DNA of 63,304 nt, the filler included, from Basidiobolus ranarum (lineage: Eukaryota), in assembly GCA_040143965.1 (NCBI GenBank). It is 21 parts of 21 records of this genome, joined end to end, with 100 filler letters (N's around TTAATTAATTAA, not from the genome) between each part and the next. Parts side by side here need not be neighbours in the genome. Positions count along the whole stretch, not along the records: positions 36,291 to 39,207 come from JASJQH010009743.1; positions 39,308 to 42,222 come from JASJQH010009744.1; positions 42,323 to 45,236 come from JASJQH010009745.1; positions 45,337 to 48,250 come from JASJQH010009746.1; positions 48,351 to 51,263 come from JASJQH010009747.1; positions 51,364 to 54,274 come from JASJQH010009748.1; 15 more parts are not named here. One strand, 5' to 3'. Under the pieces are notes generated by a model. It did no database searches. It saw only the letters and a list, made by a program, of their open reading frames with translations, and was not told the origin of the DNA. A program made the position numbers and the translations under genes. Below are positions 37,733 to 51,786 of the stretch, one piece after another (within the stretch, counting starts at the first letter, position 1; every line of letters begins with the position of its first letter).

Positions 37733-39207
37733 TGTTGTGCATCAACATAAAAAGTGGTTTAACCTACACCATATCTATACAACTTGCATGAATATCTATT
37801 TAGTATATTATCATTGCTTACTAGTCATCTGACCTTATTCAGTGCTCTTAACATGTGACTTATCACCTGACTAACTCTCTATTCTCTTATCTCTTCTATC
37901 TGATCATATGATCATTCACATGACCACTATCCAATCATTATCAACCTCTGGGTTATCTGCCTAGATGCAAGTCAATATAAGTAATAAGATTTGTAACCAA
38001 TGATCTTTCACTGCCAAGAATTCAGCTGATTCATGACTCACTTATCTATCTATCTATCTGTCCAATCACATTTTCTTGAATTGAAGATAGTCATCTGATA
38101 TCTTGTTGCTGACTAATTCATCTTGCTATCAAAGGTATAAATAAAGCTAACTGAACCTTTTGGTTTAGTGTGTGTTTTAATGAATATAGTATCTCAATAC
38201 TTTTCAGTGTTTCTCAACATATCCAATATTCCCTTCTCATTTCTATCCAAGCCTAGTATCCACTAGCACCTACAGAACACCAGGCCTAGCTGCCTAGCAA
38301 ACCTACTACTTACTGTAACATAGCAACCCACTGCTTTTCCTAAGACATATGTTGGTTAGATCTGCCCTGCTATTATATCTTGCTGAAACATTTCTAAAAT
38401 TCTGCACTTGACCAATTCTTTAGCATGGTAAAGTTCAAGACTTTTTATCCACTTTTCTCTTGGACACAATATTTGTTTTAGTTGAATTGCAATACATTCA
38501 GCCACCAACTCAACATGGCCTCACCTACCAGTACTGTAAGTCTCAACATTCTTGATGATGCCAGAGCATCCTATGAAAACATATACAGACCACTTAGGCA
38601 ACTTATGTCTGAGAAAGATACACATGTTTTGGAGTACACTTCCCTTCTTCAATCAGGAGCTGATGAAGTAGAAAGACATGATCCACAGGAACTTATTGCT
38701 TCTGAAAAGGAAGAAATCACCATTCTTAAGGAAAGTCTCCAAGATCTTGCCAAAACAATTCACAACATGAAGAATCCTTTGACCTTCACCCATCTGTATC
38801 AAGAACCACTCTCACATCTGGTGCCATTAGCTCTACCAGTAACCCTAGAGCAAGTACAGCCATAGTTCCTCAGTCCCTGCCTCTCTTTGCAGAAGGACAC
38901 AACGCCACCAGAGATCCCACCAAATTTCTACACAAATTCACTAATGTCTTAGTTGCTCACCAACTAGATTCAGACACCAACTGGGCAAGACTAATACCAC
39001 TCTGCCTAGCAATGCAAGATGCTGACTGGGTAGAATATAACAAATCAGCCACCAGTTCTTGGAAAGATGCCCAAGACAACTTTTACAAGCACTTTGATTA
39101 TTCACTTAAGAAAGCTCACCTACACCATGCTCTTTTGGTAATCAGAATGCAAAAGGGTGAAACTTTCCAACACTTATGTGACAGGTTTTAAAGACATATG
39201 CAAGAAG
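37733..39207 (+). mobile_element. Ty3/gypsy 5' LTR (type D, about 37733-38390) and decayed gag
   Basis: TGTTG...AAACA segment homologous to 41176-41497 (-). Gag-like text includes LPLF, DPTKFLHKF and AHQLDSDTNWARLIPLCL. Confidence 0.7.
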
Positions 39208-39307
39208 NNNNNNNNNNNNNNNNNNNNNNNNNNNNNNNNNNNNNNNNNNNNTTAATTAATTAANNNNNNNNNNNNNNNNNNNNNNNNNNNNNNNNNNNNN
39301 NNNNNNN

Positions 39308-41497
39308 CCAGCAGAAGTTAGCCCGGTGCTAATATTGGCAAAATGGGTGGCATGAGCAGCCCTATTAGTTGAAAAAATGGTATCATCATCAACAAACACC
39401 AAGGCATAACTAGCATCTTTGAGGATGTCAGTGGTAACTCCTTATAACATGCTGGTCAATGTCTTGAGTGCAAAGGGGGCTCCTTGAAACATCCAGTGCA
39501 TGTTTCTCCATATGAAAGCAGTCTTGTGTTAGTGGTGTGGATGAATCTGAACTTGGGGAACTACATACTCCAAGTCCAAATTGCAAAATACGTGTGCTCC
39601 TGAGAGGGAGGAAAAGATGTGATTGATTCTAGAGATAAGAAATACATCATCATGTAGGATTTTGTTTAGAGGCCTTGGATCTCAACAGGGCCTTATAAGA
39701 TATCCTTTTAAATCTTTCTTGGGCATAAAGTCAAAGGGTTGCTGAATGTAGTGTTGACAGATGTTTGAGTGAAATGCCATTATCAGCTGATTTCTGTTTT
39801 ACTTCATCAACTAAAGGTTGTTGAGTTTGTAAAACTGGATATGGTTTTCTCCAAGTTGTTTCTCCAAGAGGTGTGTGTGAGTTAATAAGAGACTCTGGAA
39901 TTGTACTGAAGTTGACCTCTGGGATCTTCTGGTTTTGCTCAATAACTGGTTTAATGGTCAATTTAACTGAGTGGGTATATGCTTGAAAGGAAGGTGGTTG
40001 TACTTCTTGTTCAGGAGGTTCTGAGATTACTTCTGGTCAAAGATAAGAATCAGGCAGTATAGATTTGCTAACTGCTGGAAAAGAGACAGGCAATGTTCCT
40101 ATTTTTAAGCCAACTTGAGCATTTATATCTAAGCCAATAAAAGCTGATGGTACATCCAGTATATTTGAACTTCCATGCAGTGTCAGATTTGGAAGTTTCC
40201 TCCTTGAATATTGACAGTGTTGGTACCTCCAATTCTTTGGGCAGAATCAACTTTGGCTGCAACAATAATGTGTTCAGGTCACTTTTCTGTTTCCAAATGC
40301 AGTTCTTCAACAACTCTGGGTTAGACAATAGAGTTGGTAGTTCAGTATCCAATAGTGCTGTAAATTAGTGAGCATTAAGTGATTAGGGTACCTCAATTGA
40401 TTTTAGTCAGTTGGTTGGCTGCTTCCTTTATTTAACAATTGCAATTTTGGCTAAGCAGTCAAGGGGATTTTGGTAGTCTCATAGCATAAGTTTGTGATAA
40501 GCTTCTTTGAAGCTTGTGAAATCTTTGCAGGTGCATCTTTTGGTTTAGATGTTGAATCTTCAGAGACTTGTGTGTATTTAGCCACTGGTGCTTTGTTCTG
40601 TTGACATGCAAGTTCTTAATGCCCAAGTTCTTTGCATTTGAAGCAGTGCTCATCAGCATAGAGATTCTCTGTCTTGGTGATTTGTTGGTTTGGCTTGCCA
40701 GTTCTTGTGTTTAACTTGGTTGCTTGATTGGCTAATGTTCAAAGATTATTGGATGTATGGGAATTTTTTCTGTGAAGTTGGCATTACTTTGGACTTGTAG
40801 TGCTCCTGGCAGAATTGTTGTTTTGGGAACTTAAATGATACAGTGGGTGGTGAGCTGACTAAATGGTACCACTTGTAGCCGCAAGCATGGTGCTTTGCTC
40901 TTCATCAGATCATGGTTGAAGAAGAGAAGTGTACTCCAAAACATGTCCATCTTTCTCTGATATAAGTTGCCTAAGTTGTCAGGATATTTTTCATAGGCTC
41001 CTCCGGCATCATTAAAAATACTGAGACCTACAGTACTGCAAGGCAAGGCCATGTTGAGCTGGTGGTTGAGTATCATTGATTTAATCAAAAAAAGTGCTGT
41101 GTCCAAGAGAAAGTTGGATAAAATGTCTTGACCTTTACTAAACCAAAAAATCAGTTAAGAGCAGAATCCCAGAGCTGTTCAAGCAGGATATAATAGCTGA
41201 GCAGATCTAACTAATATATATCTTAGGAGCAGCAGCAGGATGCTGTGTTAAAGTAGAATGCAGGTTTGCTAGGCAGTTAGGCTTGGTGTTCTGCAGATGC
41301 TAGTGAATAATAGGCCTTAATAGAAGTGAAAGAGGAATATTAGATTTTGTGAGAAATACACTAAACCAATATATTTAGTTAGCTTTATATATACTTTTCT
41401 ATAGCAATGAAAATTATTCAACACCAAGAAAATAGATGACTATTTCCAATAAAGGAGATAATGATTAGATAGATAGATAGATGAATTAGTGTGGACA
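39308..41497 (-). mobile_element. Decayed Ty3/gypsy: LTR type D part, gag, protease and RT
   Basis: RT text KTAFIW..MFQGAPFALK..YALVFVDD, plus TWRKPYPV and protease-like ALLDT near 40350. Confidence 0.8.
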
Positions 41498-41785
41498 ATT
41501 AGCACAATAGTTTATATTCACTTGTTGATTTATTGAGTTGAAAGATGATGTTTATAGTTTTCTAACAATATAAATAAACAAACATGTACAAAGTATTAAA
41601 GAAAGTCCCAGGAGTATATGGGCAAAGTTGTAAGCTTCTGGCACAAACATAAAAGATTTGTAGAGCTGCAAACTTTTAAGTAGTAAAAAATTTTTCAAAT
41701 AAAATCTAAATGAGAATAATGGGCAATATCTTGGTGATGTATAGCAAAGCCAAGTACTAAACTATATAGAACTATATAGGTGTTT

Positions 41786-42222
41786 TAGGGAATGCTTACT
41801 TTGCCTAACTTTGATTGAGGCCCACAAAATATTTTTCCTCTATACTTTCCTGCTACAATGTTATATCTCTTTAGGAAACCAAAGCTATGTTCTACTCTTG
41901 CTCTAAAATGGGGAAAGATGTCATTAAAAAGCTTTTGCCTCTTTGTAAATATCCCTCCTCTGGGTCTCTTGTTAGCTCTGACACATCCCAGCCCTCTGCA
42001 TTCTTCCCCATCATATGTCAAATCATCCCTAGTGTTCTGATATCTTACAATTGGTTCATGCTTATTAACCTAAAGCCTTTTGTCATGATGTCTCCCTGGA
42101 TGTGGTATACTAAATCAGTCAAAGCTTGGAGCTTTACACAATGAGCTTAGTATTACCAGAATTGAATAGCCTTTGGTGGTTTTTGGGCCTGTTGATTCTC
42201 ACAGGAAATGTGTCAAGAATAC
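41786..42222 (-). mobile_element. PIF/Harbinger (IS5-like, DDE_Tnp_4-type) transposase fragment
   Basis: YDG..KRPRGG..QKLFN..FRARVEHSFGFLKRYNIV..YRG matches the C-terminal RxxVE motif of this family. Confidence 0.7.
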
Positions 42223-42322
42223 NNNNNNNNNNNNNNNNNNNNNNNNNNNNNNNNNNNNNNNNNNNNTTAATTAATTAANNNNNNNNNNNNNNNNNNNNNN
42301 NNNNNNNNNNNNNNNNNNNNNN

Positions 42323-45236
42323 TAGAGATATTCCTATTTAGAATATAGGGGCTATAGATATGTTGCTTTCTGTTTCTGATATATGTATCATAACTAAAGT
42401 TAACTATGATGTTGAATAAAGATTAATTATCCATCACCTTCCCTTAATTCTTATTCAGCATTGTGCTTATATTCACTAATTCCTATTCCTGCCCTTAACT
42501 TCTCAAAGCTTGAAGTTTTGAGTGATTTTGTTAGTATATCTGCAAGTATGCGTTTGGTATTACAATAAATAAAGTTCACTTCTTTATCTTGAACTTTCTC
42601 TCTTATAAAATAATGTCTTATGTCAATATGTTTCATCCTTGAGTGATGCTCAGGATTCTTGATGATCTGAATACAACTAATATTATCTTGTTATATTGGG
42701 GTAGGATTAACTTGATCATATCCTAGTTCCTTGAGAAGGCTCCTTAGCCATATAGCTTCCTGAACAGCCATAGAGCTTGCCATATATTCTGCTTCTGTAG
42801 TTGATAATGCAACAGTTTGTTGTTTCTTGCTAATCCAGCTTATTGGCCCACCTGCTAGCTTAAACACATATCCAGTTCTGGATTTACAGTCTTCTGTATT
42901 GTTAGCCCAGTCTGCATCAGCATATCCTTCCAAAATAAGTGACATGTTGTACTGCTTACTAAATTGAATTCCATGATGTATTGTTCCTTTCAGATAGCAT
43001 ATTATCTGTTTCACAGCTATCCAATGTTCCATTGCAGGATTTTCCATATATTTGCTTACTATGCTTACTGCTGTAGCAATATCAGGCCTAGTACCAGTTG
43101 TTGCATATATGAGACTTCCAACTGCACTATGGTAAGGAATATGTTTCATGATTTCAATATCTTCAGAGGTCTTTGGTTCCATATTCTTAGTGAGTTTCAG
43201 CATACATAGTGGATTTGAAGCTGTTTTACATTCTGACATATTGAATCTGTTTAAAACATCTCCAATATATTTTTCTTGTGTAATACAGAGTGTTCCAATA
43301 GTGGAATTTTGATGTATCTGCATTCCAAGACAATATGCTAGTGATCCAAGATCTTGCATTTCAAACTTGGTAGATAGCCAGGTCTTAGTTTGTTTCATCA
43401 GATTTGAGCAATTACTAACTATTATGATATCATCAACATAGAGAGCAATTATCACTTTGGTGGCTTTGATAGTCTTGAAGTATATGCAGTGATCAGCTTT
43501 GCTACAATGGAAAAGATGTTTCATGAAGATCTGATTGATTTTGGTATTCCATGCACAAGGAGCCTGTTTCAGACCATATAGACTTCTCTGTAGTTTGCAT
43601 ACTTGATTTTCTTTTCCTTTTGCAATATATCCCTCTGGTTGATCCATGTATATATCTTCATCAATTTCTCCATTAAGAAATGCTGTCTTGACATCCATTT
43701 GTTCAATCAGCATTCCTTGGTGGGTAGCAATGGCTAGGATTACTCTGATTGAGGTAAACTTAGCAACGGGAGAAAATGTTTCATCATAGTCAATGCCATG
43801 TTTCTGAGCATAGCCTTTTACTACTAATCTTGCTTTGTACTGGTTGATAGATCCATCTGAGTTAAGTTTCAGTTTCAGCACCCATCTATTACCCATGGTT
43901 TTTCTTCCAGTAGGTAAGTCCACAAGGATAAATGTGTTATTCTTGATTAGGAAGTGAATTTCATCATCAGTGGCTTTGCTCCATTCTGTCATTTCATCAG
44001 ATTTCAGAGCCTATGTCAAATTTTCTGGTTCAGAAAATGGTATATGTGCAGATATATTCCACACTTTTTCTGAATTGAAACTGTTGATTTTATGCTCTGA
44101 TTTGAGACATCCAAAGACCTTGGTAGAATGGTCAGATGTTTCACTTACAGGATGTTTCTGATTTCCACTTGGCAGGATGTCTGAGACCTGATTGACTGAA
44201 TTTTGTGATTGATTGAATACTTGTTGTGATTGATTACATACTTCCAATAATTGATTGCATCTAATATCAACCAAATCAAGAGTAGGATATTTATTAGGTA
44301 TGTGATTGGTTAGAAAATTAATGCCTTGTTTCTGAGCCCAATTTCCTGATTCCTGATTGGTTGGAAAAATATCCTTTTTCTGATTACCATATTTTTTATT
44401 GGCAGAGAGAATATGCTGAATTCCAGAAGCTGATTCTAAATTATCAGTATCCTCAGAGTAATTATCAGGTTTTTTGGTATAAATTGGTGCATTTCCAGTG
44501 CTGCCTAATGTTTCACAACTCATATAGCTGCTTGATTCTAGAATATCATAAAATAGTTTGTTCTCCTTGGTTTCAGTACTCATAGTGAAGTTTGAGACAG
44601 GACTATTGCTTGTTGGTTTTCTGCTAGGAATATTCACCACAGGGATTGGTAACAATCTGAGCTTTGTCATATATTCATTGGTGGCTGATGTTTTAGACCT
44701 TGTCCCAGATGTGATATTTTCTAAATTTGGATAATGTTGATAGATAGTTTCAGTTTCCAAATCTGGCCTAATTGCAGTATCTATTTCCAATGTATAATTT
44801 TCCAATTTGGTTTCAGTACTTGTTTCCTCAAGATTGGTTTCAGAACTTGTTAACTCAGAATTTGAGCTATTTAGAAGCTAATTTTCAGCCAAAATCAAAT
44901 TCCCTTGATTACAAGATTTGAGATTTTCTTCAATGAATATGGTATCTCTGGAGTTGAAGATTAGATTTGTGCCAGCAATTAGGAGACAATAGCTTTTGTT
45001 CTAATATCCAAATAGGATATATTTGATTGCCTTTTTGTCCAATTTCCTATGCTGAGGTTTAGGAACAAGAGCATATACTATTGATCCAAAAATTCTGAGT
45101 TGATTCAGATTAGGCTTGTTTCCAGGCCAGATTTCAATAGGAGTTTTAGAGTCATGGTTGCTACATGTTGGACTTTAAATTTGGAGATATGTAGCTGTTG
45201 AAATAGCTTCATCCCAATAGGTCTTAGGCAGATCTG
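42323..45236 (-). mobile_element. Ty1/copia integrase C-terminus, RT, RNase H, PPT and 3' LTR type E (42323-42436)
   Basis: 433-aa RT/RH ORF (YKARLV, QMDVKTAFLNG, LYVDD, YADADWA) and KHIDIRHYF. In-frame stops at 44011 and 42691. PPT AAGGGAAGG abuts TGATGG. Confidence 0.96.
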
Positions 45237-45336
45237 NNNNNNNNNNNNNNNNNNNNNNNNNNNNNNNNNNNNNNNNNNNNTTAATTAATTAANNNNNNNN
45301 NNNNNNNNNNNNNNNNNNNNNNNNNNNNNNNNNNNN

Positions 45337-46800
45337 CACTGTATAGCTGAGTAAGTAATATTAGAATGTTGTGGAATAGTAAGTTCATGGTGCCTAATGG
45401 GAAGCTCTGGCTCCAGCTGATCCCCTTTAGCAATATAATTTTAGGCTTATGGCTAATACCAAGTTTGATGTTAGACTGACTATTTGGTGAATTGATATCA
45501 GTGATCATGTTGAAGTCTGTCAAAGCTCTTGATGGTGAAGTCATGGAGTTGAGTTTAGTATTTGGATAGTTGTAATGCAAATGCCTGATAGAGTAAACTC
45601 CATTGATTTGACAAAATATATGGCAAGATAGTGCATTGAGCCTGTGAGAACCTCCAAGTTTACTGATGTAACAAGTCTCATGAATACATACAACATTAGT
45701 AGCTTTAATAAGATATCAACCCATCTTAACCCCATTAGATAACCATTCAAATTTTGTAATCAAAGGCTCAAGGAAGCCATCTATAAGCACTGGTGATTTA
45801 GGTCCAGATATGATGGATAGTGTCAAAATGTTATGACACTTTCACCATTGAGAAGCAGGATGATTTAAGTTAATCAAAGTTATTGGCCAGCAAGCCTTTC
45901 CAATGGTATATTTGTCTATTGAGAAACAATCCGGAGCTAATGCAAATGTATGATCATATGTGTTCTCAAAGAAACCTTGACTTTTTGGATTCTTGTAGTG
46001 ATATCCATCAAGTATATCAGTAATAACTTCAGCTTTATGGTGAGTACTTTGGTATTGGATCAATGATCTATATTTGGGTAATTTCATCCAAACTTGAAGA
46101 TGGGGAACCAGCAGTATGTAAGCCAAATATGATCAATATTTACCTGATTCACTGATTGCCAATTGTGTGCACACAGTATATGACTTTAGGTTTTTCAGAT
46201 CACTGGTGAAAGCCAAACAACCATTGGGACATGAAGGTAGTTGAATTACTGAAGAATTATAAATTGTACAATTGACATGTGTTTTCCACTTGCACCATGT
46301 CTGTCACAAGCTACAGTTACCAATCAACTGTGGTAAAAGTGTAAGGATACCAATAACCACCTGGTTGCTAAGATTGGATTGAACTCTCCAGTCCTCAATA
46401 ATCAATATTACTTCCTTTACTGTAAGAGTTATGAGTGCACAAATGCTTGCCAATAACAAAGAGTCTGTAACCAAATCATCATCTTCTTCTTCAAATTCTG
46501 ATATATTGCCATAGGTACTGAAATAACCAAGCTCATCATCTAGCAGCAAGTCATTGATGTTGTCTGGACTTACTGGTTCAACCAAAGTTGCATTTCTACC
46601 TACATCATTCTGGTTGTATAACAATGGTAACTCCACAGTAACTTGACTTTTGGCAGTGTTAATAAAACTTTGATGCACAGTACAGTCAGTGGACTCAGTG
46701 GCTAAAATTAAAGTTGATGTTGTGCACTTATTACTGTTGATATTTGCCTAGCTTTGTGAGGCTGGTGGCTTGGTACAGTGACCACTTGTGCTCTTGACTC
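45337..46800 (-). mobile_element. Decayed CACTA transposase, 5' half
   Basis: ALAPDCF and ACWPITLINLN; collinear with 6060-7110 and 22300-22900. Confidence 0.85.
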
Positions 46801-47049
46801 CCAAGGTCTTCCAAGTAGGTGGTTGAAATTTGCCTGTTCACAGATGAGGACAGGAATAGTGTCCTCAACTCATTGAATGTTGATGGGAAACACATGAATG
46901 GACTGCTAACAATCAAGTAACTGCAGTGTTGGCATTGTGCATATCCAAGTGTATGTAGGTATCCATTGGGAGCAAGTGTTTGCATGGTAATGACCTATAG
47001 AAGTCCATTGGCATCTCACCAATCTCTGACTGACTATCAATAGAGCATC

Positions 47050-47841
47050 ATATAAGATCTCTGTAAGTAGTTCCTGTAACTATGGTTGTGGCCACTGGGT
47101 AGTCTCTAAATGTAGGTTTTTCCTTATTTATTTGGGAACTGGATCATCACAGGTTGTCTGCATAATTGTTGCAGAAGATTGATCTATAGATTGTCCCCTA
47201 GTATGTATGTTGTTGGTTATATTCCTTCTGACTGTGGGTGAATTTCAATCCAATTTCTCCAATTGTGACATTGAGGCAAGAATCTAAAATCCTCTCACTT
47301 AGTGTCTCTGGATCTGCCTAATACCCAATCTTAGATTGCATATGATAGTTGGGCTGTCAAGGTCTTTCCTCAGTTACTCTTGGTTTTGATTTTGGAATGT
47401 TCTCAATAATAATCTCTGGCTCAAACAATCTTGCCTTCTGTGCACCTGTGGGTGTTAGTTTCTCAGTGGGAGTAGCTCTTTTATTGATAGCTTCCTCCTT
47501 CATAGGACCTGCTCTCAATCTTCAAGGTAAGAGGTTCAAATTTCTTGCTAATGTCAGATAGTTCTTCCTCCACAATAAATATTTTGCTTTCTGTCAAAGT
47601 TTCCTCTGCTCTTCATTGCTGTTGCTCCCTGCTCTTCTGGAGCATCTTCAAAAATGCTGTGCTCTGCAGACTTGCTAACAGGACTTTCTTCAAACTAGCA
47701 AGAGATGGGTTGTCACAGTTTGATTGTCCATTAGTTTCCATTATAATTCTGATCATGGCATACTTGTCCACTGCAAACAGAACTCTTCCATTATAAGATT
47801 ATGGTATCATATCAGCTTTACCATCCTTTCTAGGCAATTTT
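47050..47841 (-). mobile_element. Decayed retroelement gag-like fragment, tentative
   Basis: CpG-free; broken frames include PNYHMQSKIG..DPETLSERILDSCLNVTIGE, resembling fungal gypsy gag-protease linkers. Confidence 0.35.
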
Positions 47842-48250
47842 CCCTAACAAGAATAAAATTCAATTGATCAGGATTGGATCCACCCTGTGAACAAGCAAAA
47901 CCATCAGAGAACCATCACAATATTGGTGACTTGCATTCTGCCAGGGATTTTGATTGTGTGATGGTGGTTTATGGACAGCATTTTGATGGTATTCTTATAT
48001 GTTAAAATATTGATCCTCTAATTTGGCAGGCGTTATTCAATATCTAGCAATTTTTGCAAAAATACAATTTTTGAATGGCAGATTACTGGGTTTACTGCTG
48101 TAGGAATAGGAGTTAATATGCATGCCTTTATGTAGATATTTTAGGTTTTGTATTTCTGCCATAATGAGAATCAAAAAATACAAGAATATTGTTGTGTTTA
48201 GTCTCTACATATGCACATACTAGACTAATTAGGCACAACTCACCAATATC
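47842..48250 (-). mobile_element. CACTA 3' terminal region
   Basis: Begins CCCTAACAAGAATAAAAT...GGATCCACCC, the reverse complement of the terminus at 8547. Confidence 0.82.
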
Positions 48251-49224
48251 NNNNNNNNNNNNNNNNNNNNNNNNNNNNNNNNNNNNNNNNNNNNTTAATT
48301 AATTAANNNNNNNNNNNNNNNNNNNNNNNNNNNNNNNNNNNNNNNNNNNNTTTGGAGAAGTTTTAAGAAAATAGTGAAAATTGGTAAAAGTGTTCTAATT
48401 AATATTTCTATCAACTAGAGCAATAAACACACGTTTTTGAAGGACAGAATTGAGTACTAAATAGTCTGAATATGAATAAACTAACTACTAAATAATGAGT
48501 TGCTATTTACTTAATTTCAACAATCTTCACCCATGCTTATTTGGCATCTTTAATAAGATCTAAACTTCCACAATAATCCAATTTCATGTCACTATGAGCA
48601 GGACATGTTCTATTCACCATACCTGAGGTTGTAATTCCAAATCTCCATTTTGTCCAAAACACTTCCAAATCCCCTGAACACTCTTATCAGAATACCCAAT
48701 TGGCTTTGAATATAAGAATATGACTAGTGCTGTACACAACTATCCTACTCATAAGTAGAGATACTTTCTATTATTTTTTGCAGCAAAGTCTGGAGATACT
48801 ATTTGGAAGAAATCAAGACTTTTAGGGGGACAGGTCAAGACTCTCCAAAGTGTTTTAGTACCTAAAAGGCACTATTAAAAAGAAAACCACCACAAAGTAT
48901 ATGCCTGCAACCAATTAATTGAGATATCTACCAGTGCCTTGGAAAATTCAACTTGGTAATGATATGGTGTCTCAAATTGACACACAAAAAAATTAATGCC
49001 AGTGAAAAATCAGATTAGCTTATACAATATTGCAATGCATGGAGGCCCAACATTCTAAGAACCAGTTGAGGGGCAATTAAGGAAGTTAAATCACTATGCA
49101 GCAGAAATATTGGTGTACAGGAGAAAGCTCTCTACTGTATTGTTGATATCAAGCCAACACCTTGGTGCACCAATTCCAACCAATTGGATTTGGTGCAAAA
49201 GCTGCCTAATGGCTTAAGACCTTT

Positions 49225-51263
49225 AGGAAGTGGGAATATACCTCAAACTCTTCTGTAACTTCAGCAGTACACATGGGGTGAAACAGCAGACTACAGTGAC
49301 ATATTCTCCACAGCAGAATGGAGTAGCAGAATGTGCAAAGAGATCAATAATGGAAAATGCAAGAATGATGCCTCATGATCAAGATTTACCAATGCAATTT
49401 TGGGCTCAATCAGTTGCAACAGCAGTATATATATTGGGAATAGATGTCCCTCTATGTCTCCACTGGCCATGACACCTTATCAGGCTTGGTTTTGAGTAAA
49501 TCTGATGTGGCTAGTCTCAGAGTTTTTTGCAAGTAGCACATATGCAATGAATTGAGACCAGAAGAGATCAAAATTAGACCAAAAAAGCCAGAAATGTCTT
49601 TTTTTTGGGATATTGTGCTTGAACAAAAGGGTACAGACTACATGATATTGAAAATAAGACGCTAATCAAGTCCAGGGACATGGAATTTACTCAAGAGTAA
49701 AAATTTTCAATCAAAACAATCCACAATCAAGAGAAACAAGCCAAAATTGATGAAAATTCTTTTTTCTCACATGAGATCCTGATCATTGAGAAAAACATTG
49801 AAAATTCCTCACCTGCAATCTCCTTAACCAAGCCTGAGGTGGTTTCAATGCCTAAATTGGTACCAGAAGTTGTAGTGTTGGTTTACCATCTTAGGAGATC
49901 CAATCAGATGAGATCTCTGTCTGATTACTAGTCTCACACTAGCCAAAAGGAGCCTAATGCTAATTTAGCCGTTGTTAATATACCCAAATCAGTACAGGAG
50001 GCTATGGAGAGTCCCAAAACAAAATCTTGGAATGTTGAAATGGCAGAGGAGTATTAGTTATTCATAAATAACCAAACTTGTACTTTGGTTAAATTACCTG
50101 ATGACCAAAAATCAATTGCATGCAAGTGGGCGTTTAAAGTTAAACAGTAAGCTGATGGATCTGTGGAGACATATAAAACCAGACTTGTGGCTAAAGGATA
50201 CTCTCAAATGGAAGGAGGGGACTACAATGAAACATTTGCTCCTGTAGCAAAGTTTAATTGCATCAGAACCATACTAGCAGTAGCAGCAAAACACTGCTTA
50301 AAAATTCATCAAATGGATGTTAAAACTACTTTTTTGAATGGGGACTTGAAAGAGGCTATATTCATGGATCAACCAGATGGCTTTGTGGATCCTGAGCACC
50401 CTGAAGAAGTGTGTAAGCTATAAGAATCCCCTTATGCACTTAAACTATCACTCAGGGCCTGGAACACTAAAATAGATGCATACTGGGTATCACTTGATTT
50501 CCCAGAGATTATGGTGTATTTTGGCATCTGCTTTAAGACAGATAGAGATAGTATGATGATACTTGCCTTATATGTAGATGGTCTGATTATAGCTACCAAT
50601 AATGATGGAGCTCTCATGAACACCAAAAGAGATCTATTAGTGCAATTCAAGATGATCAACATAGATGAACTTTCATATTTTTGGGCCTGCAGATCTATAC
50701 ATATATATTAAGCAAATCTATAACTCTGAATCAGTCTAAATACATCTCAAACATTCAAAGACATTACAGGATGGAGAATTGTATGCCAGTAGCAACTCCC
50801 CTGGATCCAGGTGTGAAACTAGTCAAAATTCCCATCAAAAATGATGAAAATTGGACAAATATAACTCAAATTATGTCATTTGAAAGCCCTGAGTTCTGTT
50901 ATCAAACTGTAGCAGGTGGTTTGCTCTATGCTGGGACTTGAACCTGGCCAGATATCTCTTTTGCAGTGGGATTAGTTAGTCAACATGTGCAAAACCTAGG
51001 ATCTGAGCATTAAGCAATACTAGAGTGGAATTTCAGATATTTGAGGGTGATAATTGATCTGGGATTAAGATAGATTTTTTCTTATGAGAATAAGGAACTA
51101 GTTGGATTTAGTGATGCAGATTGGGGATGCAATATTGAGGACAGAAGATCAAGCATTGGATATACCTTTCTCTATAGTGAAGCAGCCATATCTTGGAATA
51201 GCAAGAAACAACTAACCATAGCACATTCAACAACTAAAGCAGAGTATAGGGCAGCATCACACA
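49225..51263 (+). mobile_element. Decayed Ty1/copia integrase, RT and RNase H (second family)
   Basis: [39 protein letters not shown] and FSDADWG; overlaps in homology with 60397-60730. Confidence 0.9.
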
Positions 51264-51363
51264 NNNNNNNNNNNNNNNNNNNNNNNNNNNNNNNNNNNNN
51301 NNNNNNNTTAATTAATTAANNNNNNNNNNNNNNNNNNNNNNNNNNNNNNNNNNNNNNNNNNNN

Positions 51364-51786
51364 CAGATATACTAACAAAACCACTCAAAACTTCAAGCTT
51401 AAAGAAGTTAAGAGCAGGAATAGGCATTAGTGAATATAAGCACAATGCTGAATAAGAATTAAGGGAAGGTGTGGGATAATTAATCTTTATTCAACATCTT
51501 AGTTGACTTTAGTCGTCATACATATATCAGAAACAGAAAGCAACATATCTACAGCCCCTATATCCTAAGTAGGAATATCTCTATATCTATGTAACAAGTA
51601 TGTCTTATTATCCCCACTTATATATTATATCTTATTACACAAACTCTTGAATATATCAAACAATTGATTTACTTTTCTACTGAATAAGTCACCATATACT
51701 CTTAAGAATAAAGTAACTAAAATACACTATCATAAGTTGCTTCTAATACATAAAGTCTATCCCCATTATGTCAAGATCCCCCAACA
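51364..51786 (+). mobile_element. Copia RNase H end, PPT and complete 3' LTR type E (51470-51786)
   Basis: DILTKPL...HNAE*, then AAGGGAAGG, then TGTGGG...CCCAACA. Confidence 0.85.

Noticed and set aside
39314-39331. AGTTAGCCCGGTGCT resembling antisense bacterial 16S rRNA
   Set aside because: It is a short match inside the gypsy RT reading frame with no flanking rRNA similarity.
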